DNA of 63,975 nt, counting the filler, from Octopus bimaculoides (taxonomy: Eukaryota), in the NCBI RefSeq assembly GCF_001194135.2. It is 6 parts of 5 records of this genome, joined end to end, with 100 filler letters (N's around TTAATTAATTAA, not from the genome) between each part and the next. Parts side by side here need not be neighbours in the genome. Positions count along the whole stretch, not along the records: positions 39,241 to 53,048 come from NC_068983.1; positions 53,149 to 60,383 come from NC_068986.1; positions 60,484 to 62,873 come from NW_026396316.1; 3 more parts are not named here. The stretch is one strand, 5' to 3'. The notes under the pieces were generated by a model that did not search any database, had not been told where the DNA came from, and saw nothing but the letters and a program-made list of their open reading frames with translations. Position 1 is the stretch's first letter. The number at the start of each line of letters is the position of its first letter. The translations under genes and the position numbers were made by a program. Below are positions 49,321-61,849 of the stretch, in pieces.

Positions 49321-50023
49321 ACTTTGAGACAATATTAGTTCTATATGGTCGCTCGACCTATAGAAATAGCAGCTAGTTCTCTCCGATAGTATAGCCACTC
49401 TGATAGATATGATCAAATTGGTATATGCTGTCCTCAGCCAACTGCGCCTGAGAAGTAAGTAGATGTGATGGACACGGTGGAAAATCCTTTGAATACCGGT
49501 CTGCTCGGTCAGATCTGATTTGAGACTAAGAATGAACCACATGCAGGAAAACCCAAGAAGAATTAAATTACAGCAATGTCAGGAACAGATCTGAAGAGAA
49601 GTCAGACCTGGCGTTCGGTGATGTGATGGTCGATGTTAAAATTTGCTTCCAACTTGGCATAAGACCAGAATTTGGGAGAGAAGTGCTTATTTTTTAAGGC
49701 CTGCTACTTATTTCCTCGATCACCTTTGCCGAACTGCTGGTTTACGGTGACGTATACACACCAACACCGGATGTCAAGTGGTTGTTGTGAGGGCAAACAC
49801 GGACAGAAAGACATGCGCACACAAGCGCGAGCGCGAGCGCACACAGACACACACACACACAAATTGCTGTGTGGTTAAGAAGTTCGTTTCAGTACCACGT
49901 GTTCTCGGGTTCAGTCCCATTGCGCGGCAACTTGGGCAAGTGTTTTCTACTGTAGGTCCGGGCCGACTAAACACCTTGTAATAAGATTTGGTCACTGAAA
50001 ACTGTATAGAAGCCTCCGTGTAC

Positions 50024-50114
<91 letters not shown>

Positions 50115-50874
50115 CGTGTGTATGTGTGTGTGTGTGTGAGTGAATGCGCGTGTGTATGTGTGTGTGTGTGTGTGTGTATGCGTAATTTCATGTAATGCAA
50201 ACATTTACTCAACTCATACTCGCCTGTCTTATGCTCTGAGCTCAAATTCCGCCGAAGTCGACTTTGCCTTTCATCTTTTCGGGTTCGATAAATTAAGTAC
50301 CAGTGGAGTACTGGGGATCGATGTAATCGACTTGTCCCTTCCTCCCGAATTTCAGGCCTTGTGCCTTTAGTAGAAAGGGTTTTCTCGACTCATACCGTCT
50401 TTAGTTTCCTTCCTGTATAATTCCCTCTCACAACCTGTCTGAAAAAATAGTTATTTTCGAGTCCTCGAAGGAACCACTTCGTGGATGGTCGACTTCTAGA
50501 AATAGAAACAAATTCTCCCTTCAAATAATAGCCTAAAAATTAAAAACCAACTAAAAAAGACAAAAATAATACGTTAGGTAATGTATTCCTCGATACTCCT
50601 AATGAGACGGGCTGGTCATGGATGGCGTGCCGTTGATCAAATGTCTGCTGGAATATATTTGGACCAGGGCTAAACGACAACAACCAGCCAATAAACTATC
50701 TATCTATATATCTGTCTGTCTTTTTGCCTGTCTGTCTGTCCCAAACTGTCTGTCTGTCTGTTTGTCTGTCCCTAACTGTCTGTCTGTCTTTCTTTCTGTC
50801 TGTCTGTCTCCCTCTCTCTCTCTGTCTCCCTCTCTCTCTCTCCCTCTCTCTATCTATCTATCTATCTATCTATC

Positions 50875-50970
<96 letters not shown>

Positions 50971-51185
50971 TATCTGTCCGTTTAGTTTATTTGTCTATCT
51001 ATCTATCAGTTTGTTGGTTTGTTTGTCTATTTATCTATCTATCTGTCTGTCTGTCTGTCTCTATTTGTCTGTCTATGTCTCCCCCCCTTCTCCCCCCTTC
51101 TCCCCCTCTCTCTCTGCAGCTGTGAGTCGTCAGTATGTACTGACTTCTACCTCAGCAATCAACGAAAAAAAACCCTGTCCCATCC

Positions 51186-51235
51186 CCGGAAGTGACGTTG
51201 CTCTGACTATATCCGACTCCGATATACCCGGAAGT
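51186..51235. promoter_or_regulatory. ETS-CRE composite (CCGGAAGTGACGT) plus a second CCGGAAGT
   Basis: Motifs at 51186-51198 and 51228-51235, typical of metazoan housekeeping promoters. Confidence 0.45.
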
Positions 51236-52647
51236 TTTTATTTATTTATCAACTAATCTATTTCTTTCTTTTATTTATTTACATTTTTACGTTCAAACAC
51301 ACACAAACCCACCTACAAACACAAACACACACACACACACACACTTATATATATATATATATATACTCACACACTACATACCAACATCATGCAGTCTAGC
51401 CTTCGAGTAACATTTACACACACACACATACACACACACACACAGAGCATACGCATGCACACACACACACATACACACCCTCACACACACAGAGCATACA
51501 CATGCACACGCACACACACACACAACATACACCTACATACACATCGTAGTTAATCAATTTTATCGCATTTAGTTCATCTCTCTTTCGCTTCCTCCCCTTC
51601 CTCCGTCTTGTCTCCACTCTCTCTCTCTTTCACTTTATTCCCCCCTCTCTCTCTCTTGTCTTACTTTCTCTTGGTTCATACATAAAAACACGTACAAATA
51701 TATCAACGTCCCGTCAATCAAAAACCCTCCTTACCCCTCTTTATCTCTCTCTCTCTGTCACACACTTTGTCTGTCTCTCTTTCCCTCTCCCTTCTCCTCC
51801 GTTCGAGTTTAGTCTCTGTCCTTTTCACTCTCTGTCACTTTTACCGACTCCCATCCCCCTACCTCTCTTTCGCTTTCTTGTTTTCTTCCCTTTCTCTAAG
51901 CAATCGCTTCTCACCCCTCACATATTCCATCTCCTCCCACCACCACCACTACTACTTACATCGAACCACAGCAACAACAACAACAACAACAGCAAACAAT
52001 AAACGCCGAACACATCCGTTCATTTACGATGCTTCTTCTAATCTATTCCCTGTAAACCACGCCCATTTCCTATCACATTATCATAATTTTACCCACAGAC
52101 TGACAACCTCTGCCTTTTCCCCCTCATTTTAGCATGAAAGAAAGAAAGGAAAAAACATGACAAACAGCTTCGCATTGACTCCTCCTCTTTTCTCCCTCCA
52201 CTTAATTTTCTTACTCCTACTCCTTCTTCTTCTTCCTCTCACCTTCCTCGTCTCTGCTTCTGTTTTACTCTCTCAGTCGTTGCCTCAAACTGGTGGCGGC
52301 GCTTAATTCTGTTTTCTTCTTCTCCTCCTACTTCTTGCTTTTTCCTCCTCCTCCTTTGTTTTCTTCTCCTCCTCCTCCTCCCACACCTCACCCTCTCCTC
52401 TGCGTTGTTGTTTCCTGTTACCTCCTCCTCTCTCGTTCTTCCTCTTACATTCATTTATGTCTTTACCTTTCTCATCCTATTCCGTCGATATGGCGTTTTA
52501 ACGAGAGTTCGCTCATAACATTCACACAACCGTACAGGCATGAACGTAAACACACACACACGAACACACACACACACACACACACATATATACATAGACA
52601 AATATACATACTACATGTACTCATACATGCGCACTTCTTTATAAGAC

Positions 52648-52672
52648 GCGCATGCGCGCACTACTCGCCATC
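52648..52672. promoter_or_regulatory. NRF1 (GCGCATGCGC) and YY1-like (GATGGCG, minus strand) motifs
   Basis: Motifs at 52648-52657 and 52666-52672. Confidence 0.35.
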
Positions 52673-52828
52673 GTCACCATTTTTTTTTATTGCTTGTCGA
52701 CTTCTTTCTTGGTTTGTTGGAAACATTTGATCCTTGACTCCTCTCAGTTGCAACGTCTTCTAAATCTGTCATAAAAACGAAAAAAGAAACAAAATCAAAT
52801 TTTATATACATACATACATACATACATC

Positions 52829-52862
<34 letters not shown>

Positions 52863-52880
52863 GATGTATAAATGTATTTC

Positions 52881-52937
<57 letters not shown>

Positions 52938-53148
52938 CATATGTATGCATACACCCATACACATACATATATATATACATACACGTATACAATGTGCATA
53001 TATATATATTCATATATATACATATATATATATATATATGATGTATATNNNNNNNNNNNNNNNNNNNNNNNNNNNNNNNNNNNNNNNNNNNNTTAATTAA
53101 TTAANNNNNNNNNNNNNNNNNNNNNNNNNNNNNNNNNNNNNNNNNNNN

Positions 53149-53277
53149 TGGAAGAGCCCTGCTTCTCACATGGACAACTGTATGTTGGCTGCTCAAGAGT
53201 GGGCAGCAACAAAAAACCTATTTGTATATGCTCCACAAGGGAAAACAAGGAACATAGTTTACAATGAGGTGTTATAA
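53149..53277 (+). pseudogene. Helitron PIF1-like helicase C-terminus
   Basis: EEPCFSHGQLYVGCSRVG, then a +1 slip in an A6 run, then NLFVYAPQGKTRNIVYNEVL*. Confidence 0.88.
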
Positions 53278-53396
53278 TCACAACAGCAAGAAAGTATGTA
53301 CATGATCACCTTCTTTTACGAAACTTCATTGACTTTCATATATTTATATTGATATACATATATATACGTGTGTTTGGGTGCGTGTGTGTATATACA

Positions 53397-53487
53397 TCTC
53401 TATATATAAAGATGATGCGTAGTCTAGACGGCGTTTTTAGATTTCATTATTCTCTTTAACCCGGGCAACGCCGGGTATTTCTGCTAG
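53397..53487 (+). mobile_element. Helitron 3' terminus / 91-bp mini-Helitron
   Basis: A|TCTCTATATATAAAG start, hairpin acccgg-gcaacg-ccgggt (53459-53476), and CTAG|T end. Confidence 0.8.
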
Positions 53488-53927
53488 TGTATACATATAA
53501 ATCACGTATAAACCCACTGAATTTTGCTATAGTAGTAACCGGCATGGTTGCATGTTTGAGAAGTTTGCTTCCTGACCAGATGGTTTTGGGCTCAGCCCCA
53601 TTGTGGAACCCCTCCAGCAAGTGCCTTCTATTATATCCTTGCGCTAACCAAAGCCTTGTGAATATTTTTGATTTGATGGAAACTATAGAAAGACTGTTGT
53701 ATAATATGTGTGTGTGTGTTTGTGTCTGTTTGTTTGTTTGTGGTCTGAAGTCATTTATATAAAAGTGCTGCTGGCAGTGTTGTTGAAAAATTGTTTAGTA
53801 ACTTTGTACCTTCGTAGTTGTAGAGAATAAGAGATCCTTTACTTGAAAAAAAAAAAAACCCCTACAAAAACCCCAGTCAAAGGTTAGCATCAGATTGGGT
53901 ATCCAGCACTTCAAATATTGTATTTGA

Positions 53928-54121
53928 GGTGCCGGTGGCACATAAAAAGCATCCACTACATTCTCAGAGTGGTTGGCATTAGGAAGGGCATCCAGCTGTA
54001 GAAACACTGCAAGATCAGATTGGAGCCTGGTGCAGCCTCCTGGCTTCCCAGACCTCAGTTGAACTGTCCAACCATGCCAGCATGGAAAACGGATGTTAAA
54101 CGATGATGATTATGATGATGA
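53928..54121 (+). mobile_element. SINE-like family C
   Basis: ggtgccggtggcac...aggaagggcatccagctg...gcatggaaaacggatgttaaacgatgatgat. Confidence 0.85.
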
Positions 54122-54508
54122 TCCAACCCATGCTAGCATGCGAAAATGGATGTAAAATGAATGAATGAATGATAGGCTTAGGACTTCTTTGAATTATATT
54201 CCTCTTTCTACAGATTTCTCAGTCGTTTGGCGCCATTAATCAGTGCCCAAAGTGAGTCAGCTGTCTATTAAAGATATTGGTCAGCAGTGGTAGCTTTAGT
54301 TATTAAGAGAAATTAGTTTTATATAGATATAAAGCTTTGTTAAATAACATTTCATGTGAAGTATCAGTCAGTGATAAATGTCTATCAAATATATTAATCT
54401 GACATCAGCTTGTGAGTTACATTGGTTCTCGCAAGCATATTCCTTGAACATCTGATCTCAAATTTGTTAACTTACATAATTTCATGATTGTTTTCCCTCT
54501 TTTTATAG

Positions 54509-54981
54509 AAACTTTATGCACATCTATTGTACCAGCTCTAATTGGAATGGCTCGAGCCATTGGCCGTTCTTCTGATGATGAAGTACCTCTCATAAAGCTG
54601 CTGTTTCCTTTACCAAGTTCCTGTGTTGTGGAAGAGGTATTGAGCGATGACAAAAGTCCTCCAAAGAAACCATTCACCAAATTCCGATCAATATTCCCAC
54701 GCACATTATCTTCCCATGTAATCACACCAGAAAGTCCTACAAGTCCCACACCCGGCATCAACGATGGCCCCATTGATTTCAGACGTGAACGATCTCCCTC
54801 CCCTATGGCACCAACACAACATAAAGGAGGTCTGACTGATGACTTGCTTGACCCTACAATCCGTTATTTCAACAAAGTCGGATCTAGTTTCACACGAACC
54901 AAACCCTGGGGTTTTGAAATCATTCCTGAAGAAGATCACTTAAAATTTTCTAGTTCTCAACTCCAGACACTTGTTAGTGTG
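54509..54981 (+). CDS. PI4KA: Phosphatidylinositol 4-kinase III alpha, internal exon (473 nt, phase 1 to 0)
   Basis: ttttatag| acceptor and |gtaagt donor. TLCTSIVPALIGMARAIGR...LIKLLFP...KPFTKFRSIFP aligns to human PI4KA (as I recall it) YLCKYAIPCLIGISRAFGR...LLSKLFP...RSFNDFRSILP. Confidence 0.9.
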
Positions 54982-55143
54982 GTAAGTAACTTAACTAACC
55001 TTAACCCTAAATATCTACCAATGTCATTGTCAGTGGTTGTTGGTTTATTTCCTCTGCCATCATTCTCCTCTTCTTCTCGCATCCATTGCTACAGCTAAAA
55101 TGTATCTTGGTATATTGGATCTTCTGAGGTTCTATCTTTTCAG

Positions 55144-55209
55144 GCCAAACGTTTGCTGAGTAAGGACATTCTGAAAAATCTAGATAACATGGCCTCTGAA
55201 GTATATACA
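55144..55209 (+). CDS. PI4KA: PI4KA internal exon (66 nt)
   Basis: ttttcag| and |gtaagt. AKRLLSKDILKNLDNMASEVYT corresponds to human [22 protein letters not shown]. Phase-compatible. Confidence 0.88.
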
Positions 55210-56643
55210 GTAAGTTGTTCTTTTTGGAATTTATGTTTAGTTTTTAATGCTTTTTGTACATCATATCTCTTAATAGGACACACTGTTTCAATTATATTTT
55301 GAAAGTTAATCTCTCAACTGGCACAAATCTATACCCCTCAATACGCCTCCCTGCTTTCCAGTTAAGGGGTTTTTTTTTATTTTACAAGTTATTTGGTGAC
55401 CCTGTTGGTGCTGGTGCCCAACTGGTGATGATCCCATGTAAAAAGTACTGGTGCCACATAAAATGCACCCAGTACACTCTTCAAAGTGATAAGCATGAGG
55501 AAGGGCATCCAGCTGTAGAAACCAAGCCTAAACAAAAAGGAACAAGCAGAATTATAATATAGATTTCATTTAGGATCACTTGTGGATTACTTAGGATCTC
55601 ATTTGACTTCACTCTCTACTGTTCCTGTATTTTATAATTATGGGAGATGCAAGTGTTATGAAGTTAAGATGTTTGAGTAGTAATCACAAGGCCGAGGGTT
55701 CAAATCTTACTCACATCCAGGCTCATTATTCAGTTTGTTTCAGTCTGTGAAATATGTTGTACACATTTTGAACAATTAATTGTAGAAAAGAATTAAGAAT
55801 TAAATTTTGTCATGACCCTCACCTAGGACTCATAAGATTGGAACTTAAGCTGGCGTCCATGGTGTATGGAGATAACAACACTCCCTCCTGGACAGGATGC
55901 CAGTCCATTGCAGGGTTAACTTCTCAGCTGTTACTGGAAGTCATTTACAACTTTGTTGACTGGAGCAATGTGGAGTGAAGTGGCTTGCTCAAGAACATAA
56001 TGCACCATCCAGTCTGGGAATTGAAATCATGACTGTGGGATGATGAGAGCAGTATCTTAACCACTAGGCCATGCACTTGGCAAGCAGCCATCTATAAAAT
56101 ATTCTTACCCTAACAATATCCAAATCTTTGAAATGCATTTCCTGTGTTGTAAATATGAAAAGACAATTTTTGTTTTGATTATTAAGTCTGCATCTGGTGA
56201 GGAGAGATGGTGTCGACAGCCATTATTATAATTTCTCTGAGATTGGTAAGGATGATGCAACTGATGTTCAGCTTGTACTTGTGTAAAACAATTTTGGTAG
56301 GAAAATTCTTGGCTGCAAAATTCCAGAGGATTTCATACATAGGAAAGAAGGATTACATCAAAAGTGTTTAATACAGCATTTGTAGAGGAAAATATAATGG
56401 ATAAAATAAAAAAAGAAAAAGGATTTGTAAACCATGTAAGATTCTGAGGGAGTGACATACGGCTTGCTTGTTGAGAAAGGCATGGATAGTTCTAGCATTA
56501 ATAGTAGAGATCGAATGGATATAGTTTGTCTGTGGAATTCCCACTTTCTTTTAGTTCATAAAAGGAACCTTATTAAATTGTATATTGTTTGTTACATGTT
56601 TAAGGTCTTGACTTTTCAATGTCTGTTTTTATTTTATTTTCAG

Positions 56644-56740
56644 TATGGTCATCTGCTGCGATTTCCATACAGATCTTTTAGTGAGACAGTTACCTTGGTA
56701 GTGGTTACTTTGCTCAGAGATGTCTTGGAACAAGAAAAAG
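56644..56740 (+). CDS. PI4KA: PI4KA internal exon (97 nt, phase 0 to 1)
   Basis: ttttcag| and |gtcagt. YGHLLRFPYRSFSETVTLVVVTLLRDVLEQEK corresponds to human ...[24 protein letters not shown]. Confidence 0.9.
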
Positions 56741-57248
56741 GTCAGTTCCTTTTGAAGAAATTTTATAATTATTCTACTGAATTTAACACTATGATCTTTC
56801 CTGTAGCTGGTATCTTTGGGTAATTTATTCTCAAAATTATTCTAATTTTCTCTACCAATTAGTGTACAATACTATATATCTACATAGTTTTTCTCATCTA
56901 TATTTTGGCAAGTACAGTGAAGTCTGTATTGCTGAAGAGGTATAATAAGATGGAAACATGCACAGAGTTGTCCCCTGTATTTTGCTGGGATAATTGAACT
57001 AATTTTAATCATTGACTAATAATGTCTTGTCAATACTATATAATTATATTTTAATTAACTTTTTAATGCTCGCTAAAATTCAATATGTTATTGGTGGTTG
57101 TTACAATATTTTTTCTTCTCCAGTTGCTTGTGTCTCCTTAAGAGACTCTTCTACCTTTGTATCGTCCTTGAAAAAAGTACAACCCTCATTTATTTATTTA
57201 TTTATCTGTTTTCTTCTAATATTATTATTATTATTATTATTATTATTG

Positions 57249-58680
57249 AAGGTAGTGAACTGGCAGAATTGTTAGCACAGCAGACATTAAGGACATTTCT
57301 TTGTCGTTTTGTTCTGAGTTCAAATTCTGCCTTTCATCTCTTTTAGACTTGCTAAGATAAATACCAGTCAAATATTGAGGTCAATGTAATCAGTTGACTT
57401 ATCCTTTCGCCTAAAATTGCTGGAAGCCCTTATTAGTGTGATGGGCAAAATGCTTTGTGGCATTTCATCAGACTCTTTACATTCTGAGTTCAAATTCCAC
57501 TGAAGTCAAATTTGCCTTTCATCTTTTCAGAGTTGATGAAACAGGTACCAATCAACTGCTGGGGGCAATGTAATCGACTGTCCCCCTCCCTACAAATCCC
57601 AGGCATTGTCCCTATTGTAGAAAGGATTATTATTATTGTTCAGTAGTTTTATTTTTATAACGTGCTTTCACTTCACTACCGAGCGCAGCTCTGTGCGCCT
57701 TCGGTATGTGCTGTGGTTTGCTCATTATTATCATTATTATTGCTATTATTATTATTATTATTATTATTAGTAGTAGTATTACTATTACTATTATTATTAT
57801 TATTATTATTATTATTGTTATTAAGGTGGCAAGTTCGCAGAATTGTTAGCATGCTGGGCGAAATGCTTAGCAGTGTTTTGTCTTTCACTACGTTCTGAAT
57901 TCAAATTCTGCCAAGTTTGACTTCGTCTTTCGTCCTTTCAGGGTCGATTAAATAAGTACCAGTTATGCACTGGGGTTGATGTAATCAACTTAATTCCTTC
58001 CCCCAAATTCCAGGCCTTGTACCTACAGTAGAAAGGATTATTATGAGCAAAGGTGGAGGTATTGTTTTCAGTTGTGTTTGTTTGTCTGTGGACAAGATAT
58101 CTCAAGAACAGCTGGATGGATTTGGATGAAACTTTCAGGGATGTTTGGCTTCGTGACTGGCACGAACTGGTTAGATTTTGGGATCGATCCGTTACCGGAC
58201 AAGGATTCTGGATTATTTTTCCTGTTTTTTTTTACTTAATTTTTGAGCGTGGTTGGGTTCATTTTTAGTATTCTTGTTTGTGAGAGCAGTCAAGTTTATT
58301 TCAGATATTCTCATTTTAAAAATCATCTCTGGCTAATTGTTGAGAAGACGGTGTTGCTTTGGCAGAGGTTTGCGCTCTCTGAGTGCTCTTGTTGTTGTTG
58401 TTATTATTATTATTATTATTATTATAATTATTATTATTATTATTATTATAATTAAGGTGGCAAGCTGGCAGAATCGTTAGCACGCCGGGTGAAATGCTTG
58501 GCGACATTTCATCCATCTTTATGTTCTGAGTTCAAATTCTGTTGAGGTTGACTTTGCCTTTCATCCTTTTGGGGTCAATAAATTAAGTACCAGTGAAACA
58601 CTGGGGTCAATAAAATTAACTGATCCCCTCCCCTCAAATTTCAGGCCTTGTATCTCCAGTAGAAAGGATTATTATTATTT
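57249..58680 (+). mobile_element. Intronic cluster of four SINE family D copies separated by (ATT)n
   Basis: Copies at about 57249-57420, 57440-57640, 57823-58045 and 58453-58680. They carry ggcagaat(c/t)gttag heads and/or gagttcaaattc; three end in tagaaaggattattatt. Confidence 0.88.
58049..58392 (+). mobile_element. HINE/DINE-1-like element lacking its extreme 5' end
   Basis: Core as at 38296-38463, 3' subterminal repeat ggcagaggt (58361-58369) and terminal stem-loop gcgctc-tct-gagtgc. Confidence 0.75.
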
Positions 58681-59236
58681 CTATAACTTGCTAATTTAGT
58701 GAGCAGGTATTTTATCTTGAGGTTTGGTGACAACAAGTCTCCTCAAACCTCAAGAATGTTTCTTAGGATATGGGATGGTACATTTCTGCAGATTGACAAT
58801 GCATATTTCAATTCTGATGTTCTTCAACCTCATTGATAGCAGTTTGGATGTTGTGCCAAGTGCACCAATACCAGAGGAATAATTACCACCTTAGTCTCTC
58901 ATAATTTCTGCAACTCGCTGGCCAGGTCAAGATAAAAGATGTTTTTTTAAAATTTCCTGAATTCCTTTGGTGTCAACGATTCTATTATCATTGGGTATTG
59001 CAAAATCTATCATCTCACACTGTTTCTTTTGTCCCCTTCAATCAGACCTTGCCTTTTTGCTTTAATAATATGATCAGCCTTTTTAGGAAAATTCTTAAAA
59101 TCCTGTAATTCTAATTCTTTGTCACAGCCTCTACTCCATATTCTTACCACTTTTCTCCTATTTTATTCTTGTTTCTATTTAATCTATAATTTTAAACACT
59201 TGATATAAATTTATTGAAAATGTCTTCTTTGTGCAG

Positions 59237-59434
59237 ATCTGCCAGCATCTTTTATGAAGGAAGTGCAAGATTTTGTAAAATCCTTATATTTATCCGGACA
59301 AACAGAGCTCCAAAGCAAATATCAACGAAGTGCTTCCGACATTCGCCAGTTACATTTTGATCCGTATGAATTGATGGTCTGTAGTAATGCTGCCTGTGTT
59401 GATTTGTTGTTCTGGGCCGTCAGGGATGACTCTG
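59237..59434 (+). CDS. PI4KA: PI4KA internal exon (198 nt, phase 1 to 1)
   Basis: gtgcag| and |gtaaga. DLPASFMKEVQDFV...NAACVDLLFWAVRDDS corresponds to human DLPTSFVKEIHDFV...NAACVDLMVWAVKDEQ. Confidence 0.93.
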
Positions 59435-60091
59435 GTAAGAAATACAATCTGAATGGATCATTATAATCATCATCATCAGTTAACGTCCCTTTCTCTTTGC
59501 TACCATGGTTCGGATGATTCAATGTGAACAGACAGGACAGAGGGCTGCACCAAACTCCAAGGTCTACTTTGGAGGGATTTTACAGCTGGACGCCCTTCGT
59601 AATGCGAACCACTTCACAGTGTCCTGGGTGCATTTTTTCATAGCACCAGCACTGGTGAGGTCATCAAGTACTTGTAAGACAAGACTCCTCAACTGAATGG
59701 GGTATAGTATTGGAAGTATGAAGGAGCAGGGGGTGTCATCATTGTCATCATCAATATCTTCAACATGAAGCCAATAAAGGATGATATGATCATTGAACAT
59801 GCTAGAAATAGCAGCTAAATCTCTCTTTCAAATTACATCTGGTTGTCTAAAAAGAATTCACCCTTTTGTCATCTTTTAACATCTATGTCCCATTCTGGCA
59901 AGGGTTGGACAGTTTGACAGGATCCAATATGTCTTAGGACTACATTATTCTCCAATGTCTGCTTTGTCCTTCCCAATGCCAACCACTTTAGATTATTTGG
60001 GTTACAGTGTATTCAAATGGGATAGTCATGGTAAGAATACTTTTGAGCACAAGTCTGCTTGATGTGAGCTGACTTATGGCTAGACAAGTGG

Positions 60092-60383
60092 AGGCGCAAT
60101 GGTCCAGTGGTTAGGGCAGCGGACTCGCGGTCATAGGATCATCATCATCATCATCATCATCATCGTTTAACGTCCGCTTTCCATGCTAGCATGGGTTGGA
60201 CGATTTGACTGAGGACTGGTGAAACCGGATGGCAACACCAGGCTCCAGTCTGATTTGGCACAGTTTCTACAGCTGGATGCCCTTCCTAACGCCAACCACT
60301 CAGAGAGTGTAGTGGGTGCTTTTACGTGTCACCCGCACGAAAACGGCCACGCTCGAAATGGTGTCTTTTATGTGCCACCCGCA
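60092..60383. mobile_element. SINE A2 head (+) abutting SINE C (-)
   Basis: ggaggcgcaatggtccagtggttaggg...ggatc runs directly into (CAT)n and the family C reverse complement. Confidence 0.85.
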
Positions 60384-60535
60384 NNNNNNNNNNNNNNNNN
60401 NNNNNNNNNNNNNNNNNNNNNNNNNNNTTAATTAATTAANNNNNNNNNNNNNNNNNNNNNNNNNNNNNNNNNNNNNNNNNNNNATAAATGACAAAGAAAC
60501 AGGATATTATACAACGAATTTCATTAGCTACTACG

Positions 60536-60567
<32 letters not shown>

Positions 60568-61075
60568 AGCTCTCATATCGTGGGGTTGTTCCTCCGAATC
60601 AAAGGTGGGAGAACTGAGACGGTGTCGATGTCTGCTCATAACTACGTGGGCACGTGAACCAGTTATATGTCCGTATTTGCCCTCCCCGCCACCGCTTGAT
60701 AACCAGTGTTGGTTTATTTACGTCCCCATAATCTAGAAGTTCGGCAAAAAGACACCGAGGGGGCTGCTGAGATCCTCTGTTCGAAAATATAAGGACACAG
60801 ATATTGTGTCGTATAGCCAGCTGGAAACGACGTTTCCTAGGGCTAAACAACTGTAATATTCGTCCTATCCAGGATTGCCACATTATGTTGGCAAATAATC
60901 TTTACTTTAAAGTACTGTTGTTGAATTCGAACTCACAACCTCAGAATCGTGAGCTCGACGCTCTAACCACTGAGCCATGCGCCTTCACACACACACATAT
61001 ATATATATATATTATTTAAAATTATAATACAGGGTATCAAGAGATACCACCACGCTGAAAAAATAGCAGTCAAAT

Positions 61076-61161
61076 CCTGACTCTAAAACCACAATAAATG
61101 TCCGCATGGCACGATTAGTTAATCGTGCCATGCGGACATTTATTGTGGTTTTAGAGTCAGG
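61076..61161. repeat. Perfect palindrome, 42-bp arms with 2-nt spacer, abutting a gap
   Basis: 61076-61117 is the exact reverse complement of 61120-61161. Confidence 0.95.
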
Positions 61162-61849
61162 NNNNNNNNNNNNNNNNNNNNNNNNNNNNNNNNNNNNNNN
61201 NNNNNNNNNNNNNNNNNNNNNNNNNNNNNNNNNNNNNNNNNNNNNNNNNNNNNNNNNNNNNNNNNNNNNNNNNNNNNNNNNNNNNNNNNNNNNNNNNNNN
61301 NNNNNNNNNNNNNNNNNNNNNNNNNNNNNNNNNNNNNNNNNNNNNNNNNNNNNNNNNNNNNNNNNNNNNNNNNNNNNNNNNNNNNNNNNNNNNNNNNNNN
61401 NNNNNNNNNNNNNNNNNNNNNNNNNNNNNNNNNNNNNNNNNNNNNNNNNNNNNNNNNNNNNNNNNNNNNNNNNNNNNNNNNNNNNNNNNNNNNNNNNNNN
61501 NNNNNNNNNNNNNNNNNNNNNNNNNNNNNNNNNNNNNNNNNNNNNNNNNNNNNNNNNNNNNNNNNNNNNNNNNNNNNNNNNNNNNNNNNNNNNNNNNNNN
61601 NNNNNNNNNNNNNNNNNNNNNNNNNNNNNNNNNNNNNNNNNNNNNNNNNNNNNNNNNNNNNNNNNNNNNNNNNNNNNNNNNNNNNNNNNNNNNNNNNNNN
61701 NNNNNNNNNNNNNNNNNNNNNNNNNNNNNNNNNNNNNNNNNNNNNNNNNNNNNNNNNNNNNNNNNNNNNNNNNNNNNNNNNNNNNNNNNNNNNNNNNNNA
61801 TCTTGGTTAAATAAAATACACGCATATGCACAAGTTTTTTTTTCATTCT

